64,000 bases of DNA from Ranitomeya imitator (taxonomy: Eukaryota): assembly GCF_032444005.1 (NCBI RefSeq), contig NC_091289.1:182404001-182468000 (forward strand), given 5' to 3'. The notes below the pieces were generated by a model, which saw only the letters and a list, made by a program, of their open reading frames with translations, did not search any database and had not been told where the DNA came from. A program made the translations under genes and the position numbers. This document shows, piece after piece, positions 1 to 12,241 of this stretch (position 1 is its first letter; each line of letters begins with the position of its first letter).

Positions 1-271
1 GTGGTTCTGAATTACCTGTTCATAACAGGAACCGCCACCTTTACGAACAAGAACAAGGTGGATTATCACTTACACGATCAGTCAACAGATTCAGGTGCCA
101 ATAACAGCAAAAATGTAATGGGGGGGGGGGAGGAGATTTCTATCAATGCAATTTTCCAAACACAAAGTAGTTAACGATGCAACAGGAACCAGAAAACTAA
201 GACATGTAGAGAGATCAGAAAACCACAAAAACCAGGAGGAATAAACCCATGGTGGGCATGTCAGAATAATA

Positions 272-1794
272 CACTGCTCATAAAGTAAAGTAACTACAAG
301 TCAATTACACTTCTGTGACATCAACCCATCCAGTTATGAGGCAACACTAATTGTGAATCAAATTCTATGGCTGTGTGCTAATGGAGCAGACAACATGGAA
401 GAAATGATCGGCAATTAGCAAGACAACCCCTATAAAGGAGTGGTTATGCAAGGGGTGACCACAGACCATTTCTCTGTTCTCATCCTTTTTGGCCACTGTT
501 GCATTCTGTCATTGCTCTCACTCCTAGAGGTACAGTAGCATGAGGCGGTGTCTACAGTACAACCCACAGAAGTTGCTCAGGTAGTGTAGCTCATCCAGGA
601 TGGCACATCAATGCGAGCTGTGGCAAGAAGGTTTGCTGTGTCTGTCAGCAGTGTCCAGAGCATGGAACAGATACCTGGAGACAGGCCAGCACACCAGGAA
701 ACATGGAGGGAGGTGCAGGAGAAACAAACAAGCAGCACGACTGCTACCTCCTCCTCTGTGCAAGGTGGAACGGGAGAAGCAGTGCCAGAGCCCTGCAAAA
801 TGACTTCCAGCAGGCCACTAATATCCATGTGTCTGCTCAAACTGTCAGAAACAGACTCAATGAGGTTGGTAGGAGGACCTAACTTCCCCAAGTGGATGTT
901 GTGCTTACTGCCCAACACCGTGCAGGATGATTGCCCTTTGCGAGAAAACACCAAGATTGGCAGATTCAACATTGAGCTCTTCACGGATGAGACAAGGTTG
1001 ACACTGAGCACATGTGACAGACGTGACAGAGTCTGGAGACGAAGTGGAGAGCAATCTGCTGCCTGCAACATCCTTCAGCATGACCGGTTTGGCAGTGTGT
1101 CAGTAATGGTGTGGGGTGGCATTTCTGTGGAGGGCCGCACAGCCCTCCATGGGCTCACCAGACGTAGCCTGACTGTCATTAGGTGCCGAGATGAGATCCT
1201 CAGACCCCTTGTGAGACCATATGCTGGTGCGGTTGGTTGGGTTCCTCCTAATGCAGGACAACGCCAGACCTCATGTGGCTGGAGTGTGTCAGCAGTTCCT
1301 GGAAGATGAAGGCATTGAAGCTATGGACTGGCCCTCCCACTCCCCAGAAGGGAATCCAATCGAGCACATCTGGGACATCGTGTCTCCCTCCAACCAACAA
1401 CGTCACGTTACATCACAGACTGTCCAGGGGTTGGCGGATGCTCTATTCCAGGTCTGGGAGGAGATCCCTCAGGAGAACATCCACCGCCTCATTACAAGCA
1501 TGTCCAGGCATTGTAGGGAGGTCATACACACACAATACTGAGCATCATTTCCTTTTCATGAGGCATTTCCACTGAAGTTGGATCAGCCTGTAATTTGATT
1601 TTCCACTTTGATTTTGAGCGTCATTCCAACTCCAGACCTCCGTGGGATATTAGTTGTGATTTACATTGATCATTTTTAGGTTTTACTGTTCTCAATGCAT
1701 TCCACTATGTAATGAATAAAGATTTGCAACCGGAATATTTTAGTGATATTTAGGATGTGGGATTTTAGTGATCCCTTGATTTTTTGAGCAGTTG
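272..1794 (+). mobile_element. Decayed Tc1-family DNA transposon
   Basis: Begins TA|CACTGCTCA and ends ...TTTTTGAGCAGT (inverted termini, left TIR partly deleted); encloses a frameshifted Tc1 transposase. Confidence 0.9.
540..1541 (+). pseudogene. Tc1 transposase remnant (DDE), multiple frameshifts
   Basis: Pieces across frames: [13 protein letters not shown] (HTH), LFTDETR, VMVWGGIS, LLMQDNARPH, DWPSHSPEGNPIEHIW, the Tc1 DD34E catalytic motifs. Confidence 0.9.
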
Positions 1795-3910
1795 TGTGTA
1801 CATATATTGGGGGGCAGTACAGTCACTATATACCCTGTGTACATATATTAGGGGGCAGGACAGTCACTATTTACCCTTTGTACATATATTAGGGGGCAGT
1901 ACAGTCACTATATACCCTGTGTACATATATTGGGGGCAGTACAGTCACTATATACCCTGTGTACATATATTAGGGGGCAGTACAGTCACTATACACCCTG
2001 TGTACATATATTGGGGGCAGTACAGTCACTATATACCCTGTGTACATATACTGGTAGCAGTACAGTCACTATATACCCTGTGTACATATATTAGGGGGCA
2101 GTACAGTCACTATATAATAATAATCTTTATTTTTATATAGCGCTAACATATTCCGCAGCGCTTTACAGTTTTGCACACATTATCATCACTGTCCCCGATG
2201 GGGCTCACAATCTAGAATCACTATCAGTATGTCTTTGGAATGTGGGAGGAAACCGGAGTGCCCGGAGGAAATCCACGCAAACACGGAGAGAACATACAAA
2301 CTCTTTGCAGATGTTGTCCTGGGTGGGATTAGAACCCAGGACCCCAGCGCTGCAAGGCTGCAGTGCTAACCACTGTGCCACCGTGCCGCCCCATCATATA
2401 TTGGGGGGCAGTACAGTCACTATATACCCTGTGTACATATATTGGGGGGCAGTAGAGTCACTATATACCCTGTGTACATATATTGGGGGGCAGTACAGTC
2501 ACTATATACCCTGTGTACATATATTGAGGGGCGGTACAGTCAGTATATACCCTGTGTACATATATTGGGGGGCAGTAGAGTCACTATATACCCTGTGTAC
2601 ATATATTGGGGGCAGTACAGTCAGTATATACCCTGTGTACATATATTGGGGGGCAGTACAGTCACTATATACCCTGTGTACATATATTGGGGGCAGTACA
2701 GTCACTATATACCCTGTGTACATATATTGGGGGGCAGTACAGTCAGTATATACCCTGTGTACATATATTGGGGGGCAGTAGAGTCACTATATACCCTGTG
2801 TACATATATTGGGGGCAGTACAGTCAGTATATACCCTGTGTACATATATTGGGGGCAGTACAGTCAGTATATACCCTGTGTACATATATTGGGGGCAGTA
2901 CAGTCACTATATACCCTGTGTACATATATTGGGGGCAGTACAGTCACTATATACCCTGTGTACATATATTGGGGGGCAGTACAGTCAGTATATACCCTGT
3001 GTACATATATTGGGGGCAGTACAGTCACTATATACCCTGTGTACATATATTGGGGGGCAGTACAGTCAGTATATACCCTGTGTACATATATTGGGGGGCA
3101 GTAGAGTCACTATATACCCTGTGTACATATATTGGGGGCAGTACAGTCAGTATATACCCTGTGTACATATATTGGGGGGCAGTACAGTCACTATATACCC
3201 TGTGTACATATATTGGGGGCAGTACAGTCACTATATACCCTGTGTACATATATTGGGGGGCAGTACAGTCAGTATATACCCTGTGTACATATATTGGGGG
3301 CAGTACAGTCAGTATATACCCTGTGTACATATATTGGGGGCAGTACAGTCACTATATACCCTGTGTACATATACTGGTAGCAGTACAGTCACTATATACC
3401 CTGTGTACATATATTGGGGGCAGTACAGTCAGTATATACCGAGTGTACATATATTGGGGGCAGTACAGTCACTATATACCCTGTGTACATATATTGGGGG
3501 CAGTACAGTCACTATATACCCTGTGTACATATATTGGGGGCAGTACAGTCACTATATACCCTGTGTACATATATTGGGGGGCAGTACAGTCACTATATAC
3601 CCTGTGTACATATATTGGGGGGCAGTACAGTCACTATATACCCTGTGTACATATATTGGGGGGCAGTACAGTCACTATATACCCTGTGTACATATATTGG
3701 GGGCAGTACAGTCACTATATACCCTGTGTACATATATTAGGGGGCAGTACAGTCACTATATACCCTGTGTACATATATTGGGGGGCAGTACAGTCACTAT
3801 ATACCCTGTGTACATATATTGGGGGCAGTACAGTCACTATATACCCTGTGTACATATATTGGGGGGCAGTACAGTCACTATATACCCTGTGTACATATAT
3901 TGGGGGGCAG
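1795..3910. repeat. Minisatellite, 40-41 bp unit (GGGGGCAGTACAGTCACTATATACCCTGTGTACATATATT), in SZT2 intron 1
   Basis: Tandem copies visible directly; interrupted by a SINE at about 2115-2392. Confidence 0.97.
2115..2392 (-). mobile_element. tRNA-derived SINE (V-SINE-like), full length
   Basis: Minus strand: A box TGGCACAGTGG, B-box-like GGTTCTAATCC, central GTTTGTATGTTCTCTCCGTGTTTGCGTGG...TTCCTCCCACATTCCAAAGAC domain, tail AATAAAGATTATTAT. Same family at 26968-27441. Confidence 0.85.
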
Positions 3911-3926
3911 TGCAGTTTGGGGGTAC

Positions 3927-3950
3927 CTCGGCATCTCCTTTCTCCGCCAT
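3927..3950 (-). CDS. SZT2: SZT2 (KICSTOR subunit) first coding exon, MAEKGDAE; rest of gene lies left of the window
   Basis: ATGGCGGAGAAAGGAGATGCCGAG followed by a GT donor (3926-3925), phase 0. Resembles the short human exon 1 (MASERPEPE) and sits head-to-head with MED8 as in mammals. Identity rests mainly on synteny. Confidence 0.7.
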
Positions 3951-4124
3951 GTCCCGACTCCCCGCCCCCTCCTGGTGTCTCCGTTCCCGGGGGCGATTTC
4001 TCGTTACTGGGTCTCTCTAGCCCCGCCCCTTATGCCAGGAAATCATAATAAGAACCCGGATGTAGTTTCTGGTGCACCGGAAGTCCTTTGTTTCTATGGT
4101 GACCGGAGCCCAGGAGCGCGGAGC
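3951..4124. promoter_or_regulatory. Bidirectional SZT2/MED8 promoter
   Basis: 174 bp between divergent ATGs, CpG-rich, two GC boxes (CCCCGCCCC at 3961 and 4021), ETS/GABP sites CCGGAAGT (4077-4084) and CCGGATGT. Confidence 0.75.
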
Positions 4125-4130
4125 ATGCAG
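4125..4130 (+). CDS. MED8: MED8 exon 1 (MQ)
   Basis: GAGC ATG CAG|GTGTGA; a 6-nt coding first exon that joins in frame to exon 2 (REEKQL). Confidence 0.85.
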
Positions 4131-4298
4131 GTGTGACCCCGGGGATGTTATTGTCCTGTGTGCACTTTGCCCTCTGTTCGTTTTAGATCTGCTCGTGTGT
4201 ACTGAGCCCAGCGGTGTGATGTGCGGCCTCTACTGACATATATGTACCGTGTACATGCTGCGGCTCCCGTGTGCGATATATAGGATGTGCATGTTATT

Positions 4299-7200
4299 GT
4301 CCTGACACCTTTCTATCATAGCTGAGATGCTCTGCGTGTCCTGACACCTTTCTATCATGGCTGTGATGCTCTTCGTGTCCTGACACCTCTCTATCATGGC
4401 TGTGATGCTCTGCGTGTCCTGACACCTTTCTATCATGGCTGCGATGCTCTGCGTGTCCTGACACCTTTCTATCATAGCTGCAATGCTCTTCGTGTCCTGA
4501 CACCTTTCTATCATAGCTGAGATGCTCTGCGTGTCCTGACACCTTTCTATCATGGCTGCGATGCTCTGCGTGTCCTGACTCCTTTCTATCATAGCTGCGA
4601 TGCTCTGCGTGTCCTGACACCTTTCTATCATGGCTGCGATGCTCTGCGTGTCCTGACACCTTTCTATCATAGCTGCAATGCTCTGCGTGTCCTGACACCT
4701 TTCTATCATAGCTGCAATGCTCTTCGTGTCCTGACACCTTTCTATCATAGCTGCGATGCTCTTCGTGTCCTGACACCTTTCTATCATAGCTGCGATGCTC
4801 TGCGTGTCCTGACACCTTTCTATCATGGCTGCGATGCTCTGCGTGTCCTGACACCTTTCTATCATGGCTGCGATGCTCTGCGTGTCCTGACACCTTTCTA
4901 TCATAGCTGCGATGCTCTTCGTGTCCTGACACCTTTCTATCATAGCTGCGATGCTCTGCGTGTCCTGACACCTTTCTATCATGGCTGCGATGCTCTGCGT
5001 ATCCTGACACCTTTCTATCATAGCTGTGATGCTCTGTGTCCTGACACCTTTCTATCATAGCTGTGATGCTCTGTGTCCTGACACCTTTCTATCATGGCTG
5101 CGATGCTCTTCGTTTCCTGACACCTTTCTATCATGGCTGTGATGCTCTGCGTGTCCTGACACCTTTCTATCATGGCTGCGATGCTCTGTGTCCTGACACC
5201 TTTCTATCATAGCTGAGATGCTCTGCGTGTCCTGACACCTTTCTATCATAGCTGAGATGCTCTGCGTGTCCTGACACCTTTCTATCATATCTGAGATACT
5301 CTGCGTGTCCTGACACCTTTCTATCATAGCTGCGATGCTCTGCGTGTCCTGACACCTCTCTATCATAGCTGCGATGCTCTGCGTGTCCTGACACCTTTCT
5401 ATCATAGCTGCGATGCTCTTCGTGTCCTGACACCTTTCTATCATAGCTGTGATGCTCTTCGTGTCCTGACACCTCTCTATCATAGCTGCGATGCTCTGCG
5501 TGTCCTGACACCTTTCTATCATAGCTGCGATGCTCTTCGTGTCCTGACACCTTTCTATCATAGCTGTGATGCTCTGCGTGTCCTGACACCTCTCTATCAT
5601 AGCTGCGATGCTCTGCGTGTCCTGACACCTTTCTATCATAGCTGCGATGCTCTTCGTGTCCTGACACCTTTCTATCATAGCTGTGATGCTCTTCGTGTCC
5701 TGACACCTTTCTATCATAGCTGTGATGCTCTGTGTCCTGACACCTTTCTATCATAGCTGTGATGCTCTGCGTGTCCTGACACCTTTCTATCATAGCTGTG
5801 ATGCTCTGCGTGTCCTGACACCTTTCTATCATAGCTGAGATGCTCTGTGTGTCCTGACACCTTTCTATCATTGCTGCGATGCTCTTCGTGACCTGACACC
5901 TTTCTATCATAGCTGCGATGCTCTGCGTATCCTGACACCTCTCTATCATAGCTGTGATGCTCTTCGTGTCCTGACACCTTTCTATCATAGCTGAGATGCT
6001 CTGCGTGTCCTGACACCTTTCTATCATAGCTGTGATGCTCTGTGTCCTGACACCTTTCTATCATGGCTGCGATGCTCTTCGTGTCCTGACACCTCTCTAT
6101 CATGGCTGCGATGCTCTTCGTTTCCTGACACCTTTCTATCATAGCTGAGATGCTCTGCGTGTCCTGACACCTTTCTATCATAGCTGTGATGCTCTGTGTC
6201 CTGACACCTTTCTATCATAGCTGCGATGCTCTGCGTGTCCTGACACCTCTCTATCATAGCTGTGATGCTCTGTGTGTCCTGACACCTTTCTATCATAGCT
6301 GCGATGCTCTTCGTGTCCTGACACCTTTCTATCATAGCTGCGATGCTCTTCGTGTCCTGACACCTTTCTATCATAGCTGCGATGCTCTTCGTGTCCTGAC
6401 ACCTTTCTATCATAGCTGCGATGCTCTTCGTGTCCTGACACCTTTCTATCATAGCTGTGATGCTCTGTGTCCTGACACCTTTCTATCATGGCTGCGATGC
6501 TCTGCGTGTCCTGACACCTTTCTATCATAGCTGTGATGCTCTTCGTATCCTGACACCTTTCTATCATAGCTGTGATGCTCTGTGTGTCCTGACACCTCTC
6601 TATCATAGCTGTGATGCTCTGCGTGTCCTGACACCTTTCTATCATAGCTGCGATGCTCTGCGTGTCCTGACACCTTTCTATCATAGCTGAGATGCTCTGT
6701 GTGTCCTGACACCTTTCTATCATAGCTGTGATGCTCTGTGTCCTGACACCTTTCTATCATGGCTGCGATGCTCTTCGTTTCCTGACACCTTTCTATCATA
6801 GCTGTGATGCTCTGTGTCCTGACACCTTTCTATCATAGCTGCGATGCTCTGCGTGTCCTGACACCTTTCTATCATAGCTGCAATGATCTGTGTCCTGACA
6901 CCTTTCTATCATGGCTGCGATGCTCTTCGTTTCCTGACACCTTTCTATCGTAGCTGTGATGCTCTGTGTCCTGACACCTTTCTATCATGGCTGCGATGCT
7001 CTGCGTGTCCTGACACCTCTCTATCATGGCTGCGATGCTCTGCGTGTCCTGACACCTCTCTATCATAGCTGTGATGCTCTGCGTATCCTGACACCTTTCT
7101 ATCATGGCTGCGATGCTCTTCGTTTCCTGACACCTTTCTATCATAGCTGTGATGCTCTGTGTCCTGACACCTTTCTATCATAGCTGCGATGCTCTGCGTG

Positions 7201-8324
7201 TCCTGACACCTTTCTATCATGGCTGTGATGCTCTGCGTATCCTGACACCTTTCTATCATGGCTGCGATGCTCTGCGTATCCTGACACCTTTCTATCATAG
7301 CTGTGATGCTCTGTGTCCTGACACCTTTCTATCATGGCTGTGATGCTCTGCGTATCCTGACACCTTTCTATCATGGCTGCGATGCTCTGCGTATCCTGAC
7401 ACCTTTCTATCATGGCTGCGATGCTCTGCGTGTCCTGACACCTTTCTATCATGGCTGCGATGCTCTGTGTCCTGACACCTTTCTATCATAGCTGTGATGC
7501 TCTGTGTCCTGACACCTTTCTATCATAGCTGCGATGCTCTTCGTTTCCTGACACCTTTCTATCATAGCTGTGATGCTCTGCGTGTCCTGACACCTTTCTA
7601 TCATAGCTGAGATGCTCTGCGTGTCCTGACACCTTTCTATCATAGCTGAGATGCTCTGCGTGTCCTGACACCTTTCTATCATAGCTGAGATGCTCTGTGT
7701 CCTGACACCTTTCTACCATAGCTGTGATGCTCTGTGTCCTGACACCTTTCTATCATGGCTGCGTTGCTCTTCGTTTCCTGACACCTTTCTATCATGGCTG
7801 CGATGCTCTTCGTGTCCTGACACCTTTCTATCATAGCTGCGATGCTCTTCGTGTCCTGACCCTTATCTATCATAGCTGCGATGCTCTTCGTGTCCTGACA
7901 CCTTTCTATCATAGCTGCGATACTCTGCGTATCCTGACCCTTATCTATCATAGCTGTGATGCTCTGTGTCCTGACTCCTTTCTATCATAGCTGTGATGCT
8001 CTGTGTCCTGACACCTTTCTATCATGGCTGCGATGCTCTTCGTGTCCTGACACCTTTCTATCATAGCTGCGATGCTCTTCGTGTCCTGACCCTTATCTAT
8101 CATAGCTGCGATGCTCTTCGTGTCCTGACACCTTTCTATCATAGCTGCGATACTCTGCGTATCCTGACCCTTATCTATCATAGCTGTGATGCTCTGTGTC
8201 CTGACTCCTTTCTATCATAGCTGTGATGCTCTGTGTCCTGACTCCTTTCTATCATAGCTGTGATGCTCTGTGTCCTGACACCTTTCTATCATAGCTGCGA
8301 TGCTCTGTGTCCTGACACCTTTCT
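4299..8324. repeat. Minisatellite, 39-bp unit (37-bp variant) GTCCTGACACCTTTCTATCATAGCTGCGATGCTCTGCGT, filling MED8 intron 1
   Basis: About 100 tandem copies; source of the MIERCQDTQSIAA-type ORFs. Confidence 0.97.
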
Positions 8325-8513
8325 GTTATCACCAGTAGGAACCTTTTCAGTAATTTGCTCTTTGGAGCAGACAGCGCCCTCCTTCATCACTCCCACACGT
8401 CCGTGGCCCCCGTGTGTCCATGACCCGGTCACTGCAGTTATTTTTTATCTTCTGGGCTGATGGAAGAATTGTCTCTCATTCCTTAATAACTTCTGTTTCT
8501 TGCTTTCCTGCAG

Positions 8514-8632
8514 CGAGAGGAGAAGCAGCTGGAGTCCAGTTTGGATTCTCTCATCGCCCAGGTTTCTGATTTGAAGAACTCCTTGGGTGGATTCATCTAT
8601 AAGTTGGAGAATGAATATGACCGACTGACTTG
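8514..8632 (+). CDS. MED8: MED8 exon 2
   Basis: ttcctgcag|CGAGAG...ACTTG|gtgagt; [40 protein letters not shown]. Confidence 0.97.
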
Positions 8633-10262
8633 GTGAGTGAGAAGAGACCGGCACCAGCCATTGCCCCCACACATCAGGCCGGTCAGTGCCGTGTCTGTGG
8701 GATCTGTGGTATGACACGCTGGATTTGGTGCAGATGGCTGCACTGGAAACGGGGAAGACATTACAGCACAAAACATGTAAAGAGGGAATTCGGCATCCAC
8801 GTGTGGTCGAGAAGCCACAACTGTCTCTTAGTGAAGATTTCATCCTTTGCAAATTTGTGACCATTCTTGGCACAATACATGCACCATAGGAGGCAAGCCG
8901 TGCAACATTTTTGATAAAACCCAATTTCAAAAATAATTTTTAACTAAAAAAATACACGTATTTAAGTAAAAAAAAAAACATATATAGGACAGATATACAC
9001 CCTAATAGTGTTCCTTATCTTCCTAATATACACCCATATAATATTCACCCCTGTTGCTCTGCTCTCCATGACATGGAGGCATAGCTATATCGGTTACTTC
9101 CATCTCCCACCTCTAGAGCTGTTATAATACCCCATGAGGTCACTTCCCAGGGCCGCACAGTATTTTGGGAATTACCTGCCGATCACAGATATTAGGGGCA
9201 GGGACACCTTCCCCAGACATGGCCGCTGTCTGCGGGTTACTAGTGTGGTTTCCGCAGAGTTTTTAGCTGCTGTAGTGACCTCGTACGCCACATATCTGCA
9301 GTCACCATCGCCCGTGATCCCAGAAGGACAGAAATGTAAATAGTTGTAAGTCCTAGAAATGGAGCTTCCGGGATGGAGACTCCATTGTGAATGTTCTTAT
9401 CGTGGAAAGGACTGATGCTTCAGACAATTAACTTTTAATGTGAGCTTTGGGCTGATTTTCCTGTGCAGATTTCACAGATGTCGTCTGCGGCTTTCTATTC
9501 TATACTTATGATTGCAATTAACCTTTATGAATAATATAACAAGGTACAGGAGGGAGGGCGTAAGCTTCCGGATGAGGCTCCACAAGGTTCACACCGGGTC
9601 TTTTGTACAGACATGTCTCTTAAATGAGTATATATATATATATATTTTTACATTAAAATGCGCCCATCTGGATAGTAAACAGCAAAGAGCAGATTCTTGC
9701 CTGTCGGACCCCCCGCTATTCTTCACTCTTCCGGCGGGGGAGAGCTGCTGCCACTGGTAGGTGACTGTCTGTTCTCCGTTGTTTCAAAGGAGTTATCCCC
9801 TTTCAGAAAGTCCCAAACCCCGAACGCAGTTGGTTTGATACCAGTGTGATTGGCTGCAGCGCTGATGTCATTTTGACCATGCAGCTGCCAATCAGTGAGC
9901 TCAGAAACTCTGCCCGTGTAGACAGAACGCTCAGAGCCGCTGAGCTCACCGAGTGACTGTCGCGATGTCATTGTGACGTCAGTGCTGCAGCAGATCTTTC
10001 GTACCCGGCCATGGCCACTATAGACATAGACCATAAGATCCATCTTCTTCTTGACTTTCGTAATGAATCACATCGATCTCATATACTTTTTTCTTGCTTC
10101 ATGTCGCTTCCAGTATTTTTGGCCCCATAGATCATTTTCTATTGCCTTGATTTTTTTTCCTATCCTGTCATTTATTTTCTGAGGTTCCTTAGTGACCCTG
10201 TCCCATTCCCTCCGTCCTTCAAGACCTCTCTTAATTGCCACCTCACCGATCTCTCTCCCTAG

Positions 10263-10407
10263 GCCCTCTGTGCTGGACAGTTTCGCCCTGCTCTCGGGTC
10301 AACTTAATACTCTGAATAAAGTCCTGAAAAATGAGAAGACACCATTGCTGAAAAACCAGGTCATCATCCCCCTACTCCTGTCACCGGACAGAGATGAAGA
10401 GGTCATG
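10263..10407 (+). CDS. MED8: MED8 exon 3
   Basis: ccctag|G CCC TCT...ATG|gtaagt; [48 protein letters not shown]. Confidence 0.97.
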
Positions 10408-10492
10408 GTAAGTGCCGTTGTTTAGAACTTCCTCCAAGAAGCCTTTGTTGTCTAGAGATTTCCTTCTTAACATGGGGGGTTAATGTTTGCAG

Positions 10493-10633
10493 CGTCTCAC
10501 TGAGGGGAGGGTGCCCGTATTTAGCCATGAAGTGGTACCGGATCACCTGAGAACCAAACCGGACCCTGAAGTGGAGGAGCTGGAAAAGCAGCTGGTTGCA
10601 GATGCATCTCGCCTCACTCCAGAAGTGGCCCAG
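10493..10633 (+). CDS. MED8: MED8 exon 4
   Basis: tttgcag|CGT...CAG|gtaatg; [34 protein letters not shown]. Confidence 0.97.
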
Positions 10634-10716
10634 GTAATGACCCACCTTCATCACTGCCGGCCTCCATTACCTTCTCATTTTGTCCTTATGTACTAAACGG
10701 AGTTGCTTGTTTCCAG

Positions 10717-10798
10717 AAACAAGTGCAGACTATGAATAAGCTGTGCAACAACCTGCTGGAGAAAATCCTCAAGGAGGAAAGGGAGTCGGATGTTGGAA
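10717..10798 (+). CDS. MED8: MED8 exon 5
   Basis: ttccag|AAACAA...GGAA|gtgagt; [27 protein letters not shown]. Confidence 0.97.
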
Positions 10799-11176
10799 GT
10801 GAGTGTCTGAAATCCATGTGTGGGTATATGAAATGTTCTCATTGTCAAAAGGTCAGTACTGAGATTCTCAAGATGCAGGAAGCCTATCCTCTATCAGACA
10901 TGTAGGGGGATATGGGGCAGATGTTAAGGGGTAATGACTGCCATTCACCTAAGCATATTAAAGCATTTTCCACTTTTGGCAAAGTGGGCCCCAAGCACTT
11001 GCAGGCTTGCAAAATAACAGATCAAAATGGTGCTCGCGCTTGCTGTCCCAGCCCCGGTTTTCCGAACCTGCTCAAGTCTTAGTTTGGCCGCAGCAGTGAT
11101 GACCATTAATGAGCTCTGCAAATTGTGCATTCAGATCAGAGGTGTTGGTAATGTTCCATATTTTTTCTTATTTTAG

Positions 11177-11425
11177 ATCTACGACAAAATAAATCAACGT
11201 ATAATCCGACTGACACAAATGCGCTTGTAGTAGCTGTAGCCTTTGGAAAAGGCCTGTCCAATCGGCGGCCCCCAGGACCTGGAGGCCCCATGGGTCCAGG
11301 ACAGTCTGCAGCAGGTGGGATGTTACAAGGAGCTGCGGGCATGCAGCAAGTACCCATGACCCTGCAGCCCAACCAGCAACAGCATATGCCTGGAGGGGTT
11401 CCAATGGCACAGACTGGCCAGCCAG
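11177..11425 (+). CDS. MED8: MED8 exon 6
   Basis: ttttag|ATCTACGA...GCCAG|gtaaga; [19 protein letters not shown] followed by the G/Q/P-rich tail. Confidence 0.96.
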
Positions 11426-11511
11426 GTAAGAATGGCCACACAGGCCAAAAGATCCATAGCTGGATGTCTGTCTATGAATGAACTGACAGGGTGCTCAATG
11501 TCTCCCATTAG

Positions 11512-11576
11512 GTAAGATGCCCAGCAATATCAAAACCAACATTAAATCTGCCTCTATGCATCCATACCAGCGATGA
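11512..11576 (+). CDS. MED8: MED8 exon 7 (terminal coding part)
   Basis: cccattag|GTAAGATG...CGATGA; GKMPSNIKTNIKSASMHPYQR*. Confidence 0.96.
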
Positions 11577-11739
11577 ATCCCACCTGCTTCCAGAATAGGG
11601 GCACTCGGCCCCAGCACCGGTAGATGAAACTTCAAGGACTTTCCTTCACATGCACAGATGTTATTGATGCAAATAAGACTTGTATTAGGAATCTTCTTTA
11701 CACAATGAGGAGAATGTTAAATCCTTTTCCCTGCATAAT

Positions 11740-11745
11740 AATAAA
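11740..11745 (+). terminator. Candidate MED8 polyadenylation signal
   Basis: AATAAA about 165 nt after the stop codon. Confidence 0.55.
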
Positions 11746-11961
11746 GACTCGGACAAAAGCACAAGTCTTAAGATGTCCTCATGGCTGTAAGCTGCCAGGG
11801 CAAGCTGAGAAGCAGGATTGTCACAGCTCGGACACCTCTGTAATACTCACAGCTGCTCATCTGGCCCAAATACCTCCTTCAAATCATTTTCAGTTAGGCA
11901 GGTTATACCTTGAGCTTTCAACAGTGGGCTGAGGTTCTGTGCAAATAGTGTTGCGCTGCTT

Positions 11962-12241
11962 AAACCAAGCACAGATGCTCGGTGCGCCCTGGGTGTGGCC
12001 AAACAGCTCGGTGCGCCCTGGGTGTGGCCAAACAGCTCGGTGCCCCCTGGGTGTGGCCAAACAGCTCGGTGCCCCCTGGGTGTGGCCAAACAGCTTGGAG
12101 CAGCTTCCAACCTACTTGTTTTCCATCTCTCTGCCGTTTTCTGCTTCCTGTAAACCAGAGCATTTAATTAAGGAAGAGGGGAGTGGATATAGATGGAAAA
12201 CAAGCAGATAGGATGGTGCACTCAGCATCTGTGCTTGGTTT
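11962..12241. repeat. 280-bp unit bounded by 18-25-bp inverted repeats, containing about 4 copies of a 29-bp tandem repeat
   Basis: AAACCAAGCACAGATGCT (11962) and AGCATCTGTGCTTGGTTT (to 12241); internal unit GCTCGGTGCGCCCTGGGTGTGGCCAAACA. No clear TSD. Confidence 0.7.

Larger units (their letters stand above)
4125..11576 (+). other. MED8: MED8 gene span (Mediator subunit 8), 7 coding exons, 807 nt, 268 aa
   Basis: Exons join in frame with GT-AG introns into [26 protein letters not shown]...GKMPSNIKTNIKSASMHPYQR*, matching vertebrate MED8. Confidence 0.97.

Noticed and set aside
1-271. Possible SZT2 exon 2
   Set aside because: No frame resembling VEEAGQVFLLM; intron 1 extends past the window start.
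2242-8460. Many long ORFs (up to 480 aa; YSHYIPCVHIL and MIERCQDTQSIAA repeats)
   Set aside because: Translations of 40-41-bp and 39/37-bp minisatellites lying in SZT2 and MED8 introns.
9723-10190. Minus-strand 106-aa ORF and purine-rich stretch in MED8 intron 2
   Set aside because: No recognisable motif, neighbouring frames are interrupted, and there is no splice support.
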